From Sedimentisphaerales bacterium (lineage in GTDB: Bacteria > Planctomycetota > Phycisphaerae > Sedimentisphaerales > Anaerobacaceae): 64,000 nt of DNA. The notes beneath the pieces were generated by a model, which ran no database searches, was not told the origin of the DNA, and saw nothing but the letters and a program-made list of their open reading frames with translations. The stretch lies in assembly GCA_963708075.1 (NCBI GenBank), contig OY970194.1, forward strand, positions 4,480,001 to 4,544,000. The letters run 5' to 3'. Below are positions 9,131 to 19,829 of the stretch, in pieces. Every line of letters begins with the position of its first letter. Within the stretch, counting starts at the first letter, position 1. Both the position numbers and the translations under genes were made by a program.

Positions 9131-10000
9131 TCAGGTTTGTTCCTGCATCTGGGGGACAGGTTCGGTGCGTTCGCCGTACTCGTCCGGACGCACCTTATGG
9201 CCGTAGAACTGCGTATAGGCGTAAGTCAATTCTGCACCGAAGAGGACGATGATTGACGTGTAGAAGATCCAGACGAGCAGGACGACGAGCGAGCCGGCGG
9301 CGCCGTAGACGGAGCCGGCGCCGGTTCGACTGATGTACTGGCTGATGCCGTAGGTGCCGGCCATAAAAAGGATAGCGGTCAGAATGCTGCCGACGAGGGT
9401 ATCCTTCCAGGCAAGCTCAGCGTCGGGCAGGACCTTATACATGGCCATAAAGGCCGCCGTGAAGATGAGCAGGGAAACGACGACGTTGACGATCTGCCAG
9501 ACGAGGCCGCCCTGCGGGAAAACCACGGAGATGGCCGAGCTGATCACGACGGACGCCACGAGAATCGCACCGATCAGCAGGATCAGCAGCAGCGACAGGA
9601 ATCGCTTCCACAACCAACTGAAAACAAACCCCCTCTGCACACGGATCTTAAAGATGCGATTGAGCGCCGTCTGCAACTGAATCAGGCCACCCGTAGCGGC
9701 CAGAAGCGCGGCGGCCAGGCCGAGAATCGCCGAGAGCGTCGCGGCGGTCTGTTTCTCCTTCGCCTGCGCGATGATCGTTTCAATGGTCTGACTGGCCTGG
9801 GGACCGACTACGGTCTCGATCCGCTGGACCACTTGCTGCTGCGTATCCTCCCCCAGCAGGCTGGTTCCCGTCACCAGCAGGATCAGCAACGGCGCCAGAG
9901 AGAGCATGGCGTAAAACGACAGCGCCGCCGACAGGATGATCACATCATCCCTGCCGAATCCCTTCACCGCCGTTTTCAACATGTTCCAGGCTTTTCTCAC
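9131..10000 (-). CDS. YihY/virulence factor BrkB family membrane protein
   Basis: AALSFYAMLSLAPLL, LQTALNRIF, YKVLPD, YGAAGSLVVLLVWIFY..LFGAE. Confidence 0.9.
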   Translation of the reverse strand: MRKAWNMLKTAVKGFGRDDVIILSAALSFYAMLSLAPLLILLVTGTSLLGEDTQQQVVQRIETVVGPQASQTIETIIAQAKEKQTAATLSAILGLAAALLAATGGLIQLQTALNRIFKIRVQRGFVFSWLWKRFLSLLLILLIGAILVASVVISSAISVVFPQGGLVWQIVNVVVSLLIFTAAFMAMYKVLPDAELAWKDTLVGSILTAILFMAGTYGISQYISRTGAGSVYGAAGSLVVLLVWIFYTSIIVLFGAELTYAYTQFYGHKVRPDEYGERTEPVPQMQEQT

Positions 10001-10238
10001 GGCTATTGCACGTCTCCAGCGAATGTATGCTTCGCATATTCAACTGTAGAGGCATGCCGCCGGTGTCGCCCATGAGCAACTTCCTCCATTGGCATTGGGC
10101 AATTCCCTGCCCGAGGAAGCGCACCGTGGCCTCGGGTGCGCAGAAAAAGAGGGCTTGGGGACACATAGGTATCCCCAAACCCTGGGTTGTCTTCCTACAT
10201 CGGGCTGCAAACATCAGCCCAGCTCAGAGCCTGTTCAA

Positions 10239-13200
10239 TTACTTGATGGCCCCGATGGTGTAGTAATTCTTGTTCGACCACATCCCGCCGAAGACATACG
10301 TGCCTGCGACCAGCTCAGCCGCAAACACGCTCATCGGACGATCCGTGGTGGCGTTCTCATGGATGTACAGGTTGAGGCCGGTGTCGACAAACGTGCCGGC
10401 CGGAAGGCTTGCCGCAACCAGATCGGCTGCCGCCTGCGGCGAGGCAACGTCCACCCACTCAGCCGGAATCCGATCATCCACGGTGATCCACACGATTGTG
10501 GGCCGGGAGAACGTCACGGTGTAGGTCACGTCCTTCTCACTGCTGCTCTTGTCGTTGTTGAACATCAGGACGTAATCCGAGCCGGTCATCGCGAAAGGCG
10601 TCTTTGCCCACGGATAGTTGCGATCCGAGAAGCAGAAGTTGCCGTCTTTCAGACCACCGGCCTGTGTGGCCACTGGCGCCGTATCACCGGTATATGCGCC
10701 GTTGATCGGTGATCCGTCGGTTCTGGTGCCCGACTGACCGCCCGCGCGAACGACCTTGGTAATGACCAGGCCGGGCTTGCCGATGCGAATATCGTCGATG
10801 TAGATCGTTCCGGCACCGCCGGGCACGCCATCGCCGACACCGATCGTCAGCGTCGCAACCTTCGCCAGATCCACGCCGGCAAACACGGCCAGCGGAACGT
10901 TGAACTTCCACCACACGCCCATCTGCACAGCCGTCGGATCCGGATCCACAGCCACAGCCACCTTGCCGGCAGCATCTGTCAGAGCCACAAACACCGGCTC
11001 AGCCGCGTTGGTCGGATCGCCCTTGAGCCACAGAGACAGCACTTCCGCGCCGCCCCGGGTCAGGTCGCCATCTACGAACGCGAAGGTCACACTGCCCTTG
11101 CCTGCGCCGGCGGCGTTGTCAAATGCCAGCTTCAGGGCCTGACCGCCCTGATGAACGACATCTGCCGTAACGCCGGCAGCGATGCCGTCAGGCTTCCAGG
11201 CATCCGTGACCAGAACCGTGGGTACAACACCCGCCACGCTCATGATCTCGGTAGGCGACAGTGCGTAATCGTAGACCCGAGCATCTGCAATGTTGCCCGG
11301 GAAGGAGTTGGCAGCCGTGACACGCTTGCCAATAAAGACGCGGTCGCCGCGGACCGACAGATTCTGCACGTTGGACTTGCCGGGGTCGGTGTCCCTGGCA
11401 AAGCCATCGCCAAAGTACCGGATGGTGGTCCCATCGTAGGTCATGGCATAATGGTGCCACTCGAGAGACTCCTGGTCCGTGAAGATTGTCTCTTCCCAGC
11501 CCCAGCAATGGGCGCCAACGCCGCCGGGTCCGCCGATGACGTCGATATTGAAGTGACTGCCATTGACGCCGGCGCCGGTCGCGTCCCCGGTGAACCCGAA
11601 GATCAGCGTCCAGTCCGGAATGTTCGTGTTGTCGGCCTTGGCCCAGCAGGCAATCGTTGTCGGCATGTTGCCGCTGATGCCCACCGCGCCGATCTCCACA
11701 TACTGGTTGTCGCCACCGGGCAGGTCCAGGACCTTACCCATGACGGCGTCATCCTCGAAGCCGCCGGTGCCAATCATCTTGCCATCATGGCCCTTGCCGG
11801 AGCTGTCGACGAGATCGCCGTTGAGCTTCCACCAGCCAATGGCGGCATTGACAGGCGTTGCCGGCTCAAGATCATAGGCCTCGAAATCATCGATCACGAG
11901 GCTGTCCATGACGGTGAAGCTCCAGACCAGGCCCGGAACAACCGTGCCATCGGCGGCCACTTCATCGACCTTCCAGTACAGTGTCGCGCCCCACGGCAGC
12001 AGACCCGGATCAAAGCTGGTCTCGGTCAGCGTGCCTGCAGAGACGCTCGCATGGCCTTCCGCCACGAGGGCCTCATCGGTCCCCAGGTAGAGGTTATGCT
12101 GAGCGGCGCCTTTGCCCGCCGTCCAGCTCAGTTTGGTCGTGTCGACCAGACCTGTGGCCCCATTGGCCGGGCTGGGCGAGAACGCCATGGCCGGCGGCTG
12201 CAGGATGCCCTGCGGGATGATCTCCTTGGCAATGCCAGGGCCGGACCATCTCAGGTACGCCGATGCGCCACCACCCGCCTCATACATTTCCATCACGATC
12301 TGATACCGCTGGCCGGCAACAAGCTCGATGTCGGCGCTGGCATTTTCGGTCGTGCCGCGATCCACCCAGAAATTGGTGAGCACTTTGCCGTTGAGGAACA
12401 TCCGGGCGCCGTCGTCGGAGGCCGCATAGAACTTGTACGTCCCGGTGACCGGGATATTCAGTTCGGCCGTCCAGCGGCAGGAGAAGTTGTCCACCGGAAT
12501 CAACGCATCGGGAGAATCCACGCCAGGCACAGCACCGGGCCAGTTGAAGTTGACTTCGCCCACGGTCGTCACAACGTTGGGCTCGCCGGCCAGGAACTTG
12601 TTGGGCCAATACTGGGCTACAGCCCCGCCGGCCGGATCATACGTGGAGAACGTCCAGACCGGACCTGCTTGCAGGACGCCGGAGAGGTCGATCGTATCGA
12701 CGCGCCAGTAATAGGTCTTGCCCGGCTGCAGCAGAGCCGAGGCGTCAAGCGACGTGTCCACCTGCTCGGCGAGCAGTGCCTTCGCATCGCCGGCGGCCAC
12801 AGCGGCCTGGTCCTCGCCACCGTATACTTTGTACTTATCGGCGTTCTGACCTGCCGTCCAACTGACGGTGATGTTGGTCTGACGATACATAGCGCCATCG
12901 ACCGGGTTGGGGAAATGCGCCGTCAGCGGCATGACCGTGAAGCTCCAGACGGGGCCCGTGCGTACGCCGGTGGCCTCCACTTCATCCACACGCCAGTAGT
13001 ACGTGGTGCCCGGCACAAGTAGCTCCGGAACGGGGAACATCGGCAGGTTGCCCGGCATCACCATCTTGAAATTGGCGTCAGTCAGCTCCGGGGTCGTCCC
13101 GAAGAAGATCTTGTGTTGCGCGGCAAACATGCCGGATTTCCACTTCAGCACCGGGGTCAGCCAATCTAAGGTGCCATCGGCCGGCTCAGGATTCTGAGGA

Positions 13201-13808
13201 CCGAACAACGGCTCCGGATCCCGAATGAGCGCTGTGACATAGGCGCTGCCGATCGGCGTCGCCACGTCGCCAATGCCCGGACCGGCCCAGCCGACGCTCA
13301 TGTGACCGCCGCCGGTGCCGTCGGTGAACAGACCTTCGATGTAGTACCGCTTGCCCGCCTCAAGGGCGATCGCAGCGGACTTCTGATTCGGGCCGACCAC
13401 GCCTTCGGTCCCTGCGTAGTTGCGGTATCCGGTCCAGCCTTCGACGCTGCAGATCAGCTTGGCATTGGCAGCGGTGTCATCCGTGCTCAGCCACACTTCG
13501 CTGTCGTCGTCGCTGGAGGTCCAGAAGGTGTACTCGCCGGTCTGCGGCGGGGTCAGATAGGCACGCAGACGCCCGGCCCAGTAATCCATGTTCGCCCAGT
13601 CGGCACGCTCGAACGCGTCGAGCCACTCGCTGCTGGCCGGATTGTCGGGGAACGCCGCATTGGCCTTGAGGTTGTCAAGGTTGCTGTCCACGCCATTGCC
13701 GAACCAGTACTCAATGAGCACTTTTCCTTGCCCTAATTCGGCGGACGCGCCGGCGGCAAATACCAGCGCAAGGCCCAGGGCAAACATACACAGTTGTTTT
13801 CGATACAT
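10239..13808 (-). CDS. large secreted PA14 x2 / LamG / carbohydrate-binding-like surface protein
   Basis: signal peptide; PA14 motifs (GEYTFWTSSDD; NFSCRWTAEL..YKFYAASDDGARMFLNG); repeated YYWRVDE..GPVWSF Ig-like linkers; LamG (WHHYAMTYDG..IADARVYDYALS). Confidence 0.85.
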   Translation of the reverse strand: MYRKQLCMFALGLALVFAAGASAELGQGKVLIEYWFGNGVDSNLDNLKANAAFPDNPASSEWLDAFERADWANMDYWAGRLRAYLTPPQTGEYTFWTSSDDDSEVWLSTDDTAANAKLICSVEGWTGYRNYAGTEGVVGPNQKSAAIALEAGKRYYIEGLFTDGTGGGHMSVGWAGPGIGDVATPIGSAYVTALIRDPEPLFGPQNPEPADGTLDWLTPVLKWKSGMFAAQHKIFFGTTPELTDANFKMVMPGNLPMFPVPELLVPGTTYYWRVDEVEATGVRTGPVWSFTVMPLTAHFPNPVDGAMYRQTNITVSWTAGQNADKYKVYGGEDQAAVAAGDAKALLAEQVDTSLDASALLQPGKTYYWRVDTIDLSGVLQAGPVWTFSTYDPAGGAVAQYWPNKFLAGEPNVVTTVGEVNFNWPGAVPGVDSPDALIPVDNFSCRWTAELNIPVTGTYKFYAASDDGARMFLNGKVLTNFWVDRGTTENASADIELVAGQRYQIVMEMYEAGGGASAYLRWSGPGIAKEIIPQGILQPPAMAFSPSPANGATGLVDTTKLSWTAGKGAAQHNLYLGTDEALVAEGHASVSAGTLTETSFDPGLLPWGATLYWKVDEVAADGTVVPGLVWSFTVMDSLVIDDFEAYDLEPATPVNAAIGWWKLNGDLVDSSGKGHDGKMIGTGGFEDDAVMGKVLDLPGGDNQYVEIGAVGISGNMPTTIACWAKADNTNIPDWTLIFGFTGDATGAGVNGSHFNIDVIGGPGGVGAHCWGWEETIFTDQESLEWHHYAMTYDGTTIRYFGDGFARDTDPGKSNVQNLSVRGDRVFIGKRVTAANSFPGNIADARVYDYALSPTEIMSVAGVVPTVLVTDAWKPDGIAAGVTADVVHQGGQALKLAFDNAAGAGKGSVTFAFVDGDLTRGGAEVLSLWLKGDPTNAAEPVFVALTDAAGKVAVAVDPDPTAVQMGVWWKFNVPLAVFAGVDLAKVATLTIGVGDGVPGGAGTIYIDDIRIGKPGLVITKVVRAGGQSGTRTDGSPINGAYTGDTAPVATQAGGLKDGNFCFSDRNYPWAKTPFAMTGSDYVLMFNNDKSSSEKDVTYTVTFSRPTIVWITVDDRIPAEWVDVASPQAAADLVAASLPAGTFVDTGLNLYIHENATTDRPMSVFAAELVAGTYVFGGMWSNKNYYTIGAIK

Positions 13809-14208
13809 TTGAATCCTCCTTCACTAGTGACACAATTCAGGGCCCCCGATTACAGCACCAGGGCGCCGGCCCTCCTGAGAAATCGTAGATCGCTCCATCC
13901 ATCGGTGGTCCTCACCCAACATCAGAGCATCCCAACGTCTCCACGCTGCTTCACATCATGATTGAATCGAGCGGTTCACCTCCTTTCCGTAGAGAGACAC
14001 ACCCCGTTTGGAAATGGATGGACGGATTCCGAGATGCGGCACGATGAACGCACCTAACTCCCCCGTGTACTGTGTGCCGAGCGAAACTCACTCCGTGTCA
14101 GGGCCTCCGACTCTGACTTGCCGTGTAATCGCGCGCTCACCCCACGGGCGACGCAGGGCAGTAAACCTGGCGATACACCCACAGGGCAGGACCCACACTC
14201 AAGCCTAT

Positions 14209-14237
14209 CTTATATACTATCGGCGTGACAAATGCAA
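14209..14237 (-). promoter_or_regulatory. candidate sigma70 promoter for the PA14/LamG gene
   Basis: TTGCAT-17 nt-TATAAG on the minus strand, about 400 nt upstream of the ATG. Confidence 0.45.
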
Positions 14238-14726
14238 CTCTTTTTCGGATTCTTTGCACGCCGTGGTCTACCCGCCCCTGGGGAGCACACACGTTCCACT
14301 GATACCGGGTCACAATGCCTCCATCTGTGCGAGATCAGCCGTCGCACACAGGCCAGGCACTCGTGGTGGGGAGGAATCCGGCTGGTTTCCCCACGTTGTG
14401 CACAGCCCTCGGTTGAAGCCTCACGCCATTCGGGCCTGCACTGCCACCATACTACCGCTTTCCTCCGGGATTTTCAACTGTCAAAGTGGTAGTTTTCCTG
14501 ATTATGGACTATTTTTTCGGACGTTCAATCGTCGATGGGACACGCTTGGCCCTTGTCGCCCAGGGGCGCCCCTGGGCAGAAGTTGTGTCGCCCCGCAGCG
14601 ATTGAGAACTCGCGATGTAACTACCGTTCTCTTGCCCACGAGTTCCATTTCTGTTAAAGACATGAGGACATCCCGGCGACTGCCGCCTGGATACGGAATG
14701 GTCCAACTATAGAAGGCTGATTTGGG

Positions 14727-16436
14727 ATGGACGCCAAGGGGATAGCTCGTCAACGTATCTTGATTGCCACTTGCTCGCTGGTTTTGACAGCGGCGCCGGC
14801 TGCGGACCTGCGGCAAGCAACCGCCGCGGAGCGGGGCATCTTCGACATTCGTGATTATGGGGCCTTGGGGGACGGCAAGACGCTTGATACGGCCGCGATC
14901 AACAAGGCCGTCGAGGCCTGCGCCCAGGCCGGGGGCGGTCAGGTGCAGCTCACGCCCGGCCGCTATCTGTCCGGAACCGTGCATCTGAGAAGCCACGTAA
15001 CCCTCTTCCTGGAGGCGGGGGCCACCCTGGTGGGCACTACCGACCTCAACCAGTACCAGCATCCGACCCTGCCGGACTTCATGCCCGAAGCCAGGTGGGG
15101 CAAATGGCACAGGGCGCTCATTCTCGGCGACGGCCAGGAGGACATCGCGATTGCGGGACAAGGCGTCATCGACGGCAACAAGGTTTTCGACCCCACCGGG
15201 GAGGAGCGTACGCGAGGGCCGCATACCTTCGTTTTCGTGAACTGCCGCAATGTCGCCGTCCGGGACGTGTCGTTTATCGATGCCGCGAATTATGCCATCT
15301 TCTTTCAGATCAGCAGCGACGTGGACATCCGCAACGTGAAGTTCACCGGCGGCTGGGACGGCGTGCATTTCCGCGGCGCCCCCGACCACCCTTGCCGCAA
15401 CGTGAGCATCATCGGCTGTCAATTCTACACGGGGGACGACTCCATCGCCGGACGGTATTGGGAGAATACCCTGATCTCCGATTGCATCGTGAATTCCTCG
15501 TGCAACGGCATCCGCCTGATCGGCCCTGCTGCGCATCTGACGATTCACGACTGCCTGTTCTATGGCCCGGGCACGCAGCCCCACCGCACGTCCAACCGTT
15601 ACAATATGCTCGCCGGCATCAACCTCCAGCCGGGGGCCTGGGACGCGACCAAGGGCGACCTGGACGACGTCCTGATCTCCGATATCACGATGAAAAACGT
15701 GGCCACGCCGTTCCATTTCCTGATCAAGCCGGGCAACACCGCCGGCCGCATCCTGGTTAGCCGCGTCAACGCCACAGGCGTCTATCGCGCCGCCTGCTCC
15801 GTCGAAAGCTGGACGGACGCCCCCTTCAAAGACGTGACGTTCCGCGATGTGAGTGTCGAGTTCGAGGGCGGCGCAACGCGAGAGAACGCTCCCAAAGAGA
15901 TCAAGACGCCGGGTGTGGACGCACGCTCGCTTCCCTGCTGGGGCTTCTACGCCCGCAACATCGAGAAGCTCACGTTTGAGGACGTCCGCCTCGGCTGCGT
16001 CCAGGACGACTTGCGGCCGATGATCATGTGCGACGGCGTGAAGCAGCTTGCCTTCGACGACCTCGACTTCCCGCAATTTGAAGGTGCTGCCGATTTGATG
16101 ACGCTGCACGATGTCTCTCGCGTCCGGCTGCGGGACACAGCCATTCGGGCAGTACAACCGGCTTACGTGGATTTGAGGCCCGCCGCAGACAATGCAGGTC
16201 GTATCATCGCGGGCAAGCCCTACGGGATCACTGTGACCGTGCAGAACGGCAAAGAGGAAGGACTCGGCACCGTGGAGCTCGTCGCTGCGGGACAGACCGT
16301 CACGCGTTGTATCTGGCTGCGCCCCGGTGAGAAGAAGGAGGTGACGTTTCAGGGCTTGACTGCCCCCGCTGCCGGTCCGTGTGTCCTGCAAGCGGGCAGC
16401 CTCACCCACAGCGTCACCGTCGAGCCGCAGCAATAG
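14727..16436 (+). CDS. pectin-lyase-fold (GH28-like) glycoside hydrolase with C-terminal Ig/CARDB-like domain
   Basis: FDIRDYGALGDGKTLDTAAINKAV..GRYLSGTVHLRSHVTL; DGVH and TGDDSIA motifs. Confidence 0.8.
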   Translation: MDAKGIARQRILIATCSLVLTAAPAADLRQATAAERGIFDIRDYGALGDGKTLDTAAINKAVEACAQAGGGQVQLTPGRYLSGTVHLRSHVTLFLEAGATLVGTTDLNQYQHPTLPDFMPEARWGKWHRALILGDGQEDIAIAGQGVIDGNKVFDPTGEERTRGPHTFVFVNCRNVAVRDVSFIDAANYAIFFQISSDVDIRNVKFTGGWDGVHFRGAPDHPCRNVSIIGCQFYTGDDSIAGRYWENTLISDCIVNSSCNGIRLIGPAAHLTIHDCLFYGPGTQPHRTSNRYNMLAGINLQPGAWDATKGDLDDVLISDITMKNVATPFHFLIKPGNTAGRILVSRVNATGVYRAACSVESWTDAPFKDVTFRDVSVEFEGGATRENAPKEIKTPGVDARSLPCWGFYARNIEKLTFEDVRLGCVQDDLRPMIMCDGVKQLAFDDLDFPQFEGAADLMTLHDVSRVRLRDTAIRAVQPAYVDLRPAADNAGRIIAGKPYGITVTVQNGKEEGLGTVELVAAGQTVTRCIWLRPGEKKEVTFQGLTAPAAGPCVLQAGSLTHSVTVEPQQ

Positions 16437-16546
16437 CTATAATGCCGTCTGCCGGCACAGGCGTCAGGCGCCCTGTCATTCCCGCGAAGCCGGTCACGGG
16501 CCTTCGGCCCGCCCAGAGAGGATGAAAAATGGCATAGCGGTCGCTC

Positions 16547-16620
16547 GTAGGGTGGGTCCTTGACCCACGCGGTTACCCAAGCGCAATGTTCTTGACGCGT
16601 GGGTTGAGAACCCACCCTAC
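16547..16620. repeat. GTAG-family REP doublet (REPIN-like)
   Basis: GTAGGGTGGGTCCTTGACCCACGC..GCGTGGGTTGAGAACCCACCCTAC. Confidence 0.8.
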
Positions 16621-16718
16621 ATATGGTGCCGTGTGGCTTGCGGGCCGTGCTGAGGCTTGGTATAGTCGTGTAACGTGATGATCGGATTTGTGTAGAGGCC
16701 GCAGTCAGGAGAAATGCC

Positions 16719-18068
16719 ATGAATCGTCGCGAATTCCTTCGAGCCGCCGGCGCCGGAGTTGCTTTGTCCAGCCTCAGCAGTTATGTCCCCGCGTATGCCC
16801 AGCCGAAGCCACGGCGTGTGGGTTTGATCGGCCCCGGCTGGTACGGCAAGAGCGCCCTGTTTCGCCTGCTGCAGATCGAGCCGGTCGAAGTGGTCGCGCT
16901 ATGCGATGTGGACAAGCGAATGCTGGCCGAGGCCGCCGAGATGGTGGCCGCCCGCCAGAAATCGAAGAAGACGCCCCGCACGTTCGGCGACTATCGGGAG
17001 ATGCTCAAGCAGGAGCAGTTCGACATCGTGCACGTCGCGACGCCCGACCACTGGCACGCCCTGGCGATGATTGCCGCCGTCCAGGCCGGCGCGGATGTGT
17101 ACGTGGAAAAGCCCATCAGCGCGGACGTGGTGGAGGGCCAGGCGATGCTGGCCGCCGCCCGCAAGCACAAGCGGGTGGTGCAGGTGAACATGCAGCGTCG
17201 CAGCACGCCGCATCTTATCGAGGCCAAGGAACGCGTCATCAAGGAAGGTAAGCTCGGCAAGGTCGCCTATGCCGAGATTTGCTGCTACTATCATATGCGA
17301 GCCCGGGGCAACCCGCCGGACACGACTCCGCCCGAGTACCTTGACTACGAGATGTGGACCGGCCCGGCCCCGATGCGGCCGTACTGCTCGATCAATCACC
17401 CGCGAGGCTGGCGGGCCTTCACAGAATACGGCAACGGGATCGTCGGCGATATGTGCGTGCACATGCTCGACATGGTCCGCTGGATGCTCGACCTCGGATG
17501 GCCGAAGAGTGTCAACTCCTCCGGCGGCATCCTCGTGGACAAGGGCAGTAAGGCCAACATCACCGACACACAGACTGCCACGTTTGACTTCGATGGCCTG
17601 CCCATCGTCTGGACCCACCGCACCTGGGGCGCTGCGCCCGATCCGGAATTCCCCTGGGCCGCCTTCATCTATGGCGACAAGGGCACCCTCAAGGCCGATG
17701 TCCACAGGTACCAGTTCATCCCGCAGGGCCAAGGCGAGAAACTCGAAGGCAAGGCCCTCTATGAGTATGACAAGTACCCTGAGGATGAGACAGAGAAGGA
17801 CCTGGAGCGTCACGTCGCCGCACCAATGCGGCGCCACTGGCGGAATTTCCTCGATGCAGTCGAGACGCGGGGCCGCCCGGTTTCCGACATCGAGCAAGGC
17901 TACATCACGGCCGCTTCATGCATCCTGGCCAATATCTCGTGCAAGCTCGGCCGCAAGCTTGTCTGGGACCCGGAAAAGAGCCAAGTCGTCGGCGACGAAG
18001 AGGCCAACCGCCTCCTGGCGCGACCCTATCGGAGTCCCTGGGTCCACCCGGACCCGGCCAGTGTCTAA
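16719..18068 (+). CDS. Gfo/Idh/MocA oxidoreductase, Tat signal
   Basis: NRREFL; GLIGPGWYG; ATPDHWH; YVEKP. Confidence 0.9.
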   Translation: MNRREFLRAAGAGVALSSLSSYVPAYAQPKPRRVGLIGPGWYGKSALFRLLQIEPVEVVALCDVDKRMLAEAAEMVAARQKSKKTPRTFGDYREMLKQEQFDIVHVATPDHWHALAMIAAVQAGADVYVEKPISADVVEGQAMLAAARKHKRVVQVNMQRRSTPHLIEAKERVIKEGKLGKVAYAEICCYYHMRARGNPPDTTPPEYLDYEMWTGPAPMRPYCSINHPRGWRAFTEYGNGIVGDMCVHMLDMVRWMLDLGWPKSVNSSGGILVDKGSKANITDTQTATFDFDGLPIVWTHRTWGAAPDPEFPWAAFIYGDKGTLKADVHRYQFIPQGQGEKLEGKALYEYDKYPEDETEKDLERHVAAPMRRHWRNFLDAVETRGRPVSDIEQGYITAASCILANISCKLGRKLVWDPEKSQVVGDEEANRLLARPYRSPWVHPDPASV

Positions 18069-18098
18069 TACGAGTTACGATCTATGAGCTCGTAATCC

Positions 18099-18187
18099 GG
18101 GCGGCATCGTCAAGGCCACAGGCCTTCGCGATGGTTGCGCCGCATCCCAGGAAAGCCATCGCCAAGCTGCGCTTGACGCTGCCACCC
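18099..18187. repeat. degenerate GGGTG-family REP doublet between convergent genes
   Basis: CCATCGCCAAGCTGCGCTTGACGCTGCCACCC at 18156-18187 is the reverse complement of the family consensus. Confidence 0.65.
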
Positions 18188-18222
18188 AGTTTCAGGTCTA
18201 GGTCCCATGGGTGCTATCTGTT

Positions 18223-19767
18223 CTATTGTGGCCTGCTGCGCCCATCGGCTCTGATCTTCGCAAGCATCGCGGCCATCTCCTTGACCATCTCCGGCCGCTC
18301 GGTCGCGAGGTTCTGTTCTTCGCTGAGATCGTCCTTGAGATCGTAGAGCTGCGCCTGTGGGTCATTGCCGAGCTCTGTGTTTGTGTTGGCGTTGAACTTC
18401 GCCCCCCTGCTCGGCTCGATGTACTTCCAGTCCCCCTTGATCAGGGACAGCGTACCCGCGTGCCCAACGAGATGGTCCCGACCGGTCTGTGACTTTGCCA
18501 GCAGTGTCGCCGAAACATCGAAGCTATCCGGCCCAGCGGTCGTGTCGAGTTTCTGCCCGGTCACTGCCGCCATGGATGCGAGCAGATCGATCTGGCAGAC
18601 GAGTGCATCGGACAAGCCGGGCGTCACCCGTCCCGGCCAGCGCACCAGGAACGGTACGCGCGTCCCCGCGTCGAACGCGCTGTACTTGCCGCCGCGGAGC
18701 GGGCCTGCGGGTTTGTGACCATCGAGCAGCTCCACCGCTCTGTCCTTGTACCCATCGTCCACGACGGGGCCATTGTCGCTCGTGAAGATCACCATGGTAT
18801 CCTCCGCCAGGGCGAGCTTGTCCAGCGTTTGCAGGACTTCGCCAACGCACCAGTCGAGTTGCAGTATCGCGTCGCCGCGTGGGCCCAGGCCGCTCTTGCC
18901 GGCGAACCGGCGGTGCGGCACGCGCGGGACATGGATATCGTGAGTTGAGAAGTAGAGGAAGAACGGCTCGGCCTTGTGCCGCTCGATGAACTGTACCGCC
19001 TTGCCCGTGATCGTATCGGCTATGTCCTCATCGACCCAGCGGGCCGCCTTGCCGCCACTCATGTATCCGATCCGGCTGATGCCATTGACGATCGTCTGGT
19101 CATGTCCGTGGCTCGGGTGCATCTTGAGCAGCTCGGGGTGGTCCTTGCCGGTCGGCTCGTCGCCAATGGGCTGCTTATAGCTGACTCGAATTGGGTCCTT
19201 CGGGTCGAGCCCGACCACCCGCCGGTCCTCCACGTACACGCACGGCACGCGGTCCCCCGTCGCGGGAATCAGGAAGCAATAGTCAAATCCGATGTCCAGC
19301 GGTCCCGGCTTGATCTCAGCGTTCCAGTCCAGGTCTCCTGCTCCAAGCCCCAGATGCCACTTCCCGATCGCGCCCGCTTTGTATCCGGCCTTCTGCATCA
19401 GCGCGGGGAGCGTCACCCGCCCCGGCTCCACGATCAGCCGGGCGTCCCCCGGCAGGATTCCCGTCCCTTTCCTCCGCCACGCGTATTCGCCGGTCATCAA
19501 GGCGTACCGCGAGGGCGTGCACGTGGCCGACGCCGAGTGCGCATTGGTAAACCGAACCCCCTCCCGCGCAATCCGGTCGATGTTGGGGGTCCGGACCCGG
19601 GTCGCTCCGTAGCAGCCGACATCCCCATACCCCAGGTCATCCGCATAGATCAGTACGACGTTCGGCGTCTTGCCTTGGGCCGCCTTGCACCCGATGGGAA
19701 GCAAAGCCGCCGCCGCAGCCAACCCTGCTGATTTCAGGAACACCCGACGTGATATTCGCTGTGCCAT
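18223..19767 (-). CDS. arylsulfatase (Cys-type, S1 family), Tat signal
   Basis: SRRVFLK; NVVLIYADDLGYGD; CTPSRYALMTG; GKWHLG; FTSDNG. Confidence 0.92.
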   Translation of the reverse strand: MAQRISRRVFLKSAGLAAAAALLPIGCKAAQGKTPNVVLIYADDLGYGDVGCYGATRVRTPNIDRIAREGVRFTNAHSASATCTPSRYALMTGEYAWRRKGTGILPGDARLIVEPGRVTLPALMQKAGYKAGAIGKWHLGLGAGDLDWNAEIKPGPLDIGFDYCFLIPATGDRVPCVYVEDRRVVGLDPKDPIRVSYKQPIGDEPTGKDHPELLKMHPSHGHDQTIVNGISRIGYMSGGKAARWVDEDIADTITGKAVQFIERHKAEPFFLYFSTHDIHVPRVPHRRFAGKSGLGPRGDAILQLDWCVGEVLQTLDKLALAEDTMVIFTSDNGPVVDDGYKDRAVELLDGHKPAGPLRGGKYSAFDAGTRVPFLVRWPGRVTPGLSDALVCQIDLLASMAAVTGQKLDTTAGPDSFDVSATLLAKSQTGRDHLVGHAGTLSLIKGDWKYIEPSRGAKFNANTNTELGNDPQAQLYDLKDDLSEEQNLATERPEMVKEMAAMLAKIRADGRSRPQ

Positions 19768-19801
19768 TGGACCTGCTCCGACCGAAGCCAACCACATGAT
19801 C

Positions 19802-19829
19802 CTGTCGTTCCCGCACAGGCGGGAATCCA
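19802..19829. repeat. short palindrome of the TTCCCGC-N3-GCGGGAATCC type
   Basis: GTCGTTCCCGCACAGGCGGGAATCCA; partial relative GTCATTCCCGCGAAGC near 16475. Confidence 0.5.

Noticed and set aside
11151..13022. Long antisense or alternate-frame ORFs (also 14502-16433, 22353-24653, 29336-31042, 35649-36881)
   Set aside because: Shadows of well-supported genes in high-GC DNA; no motifs
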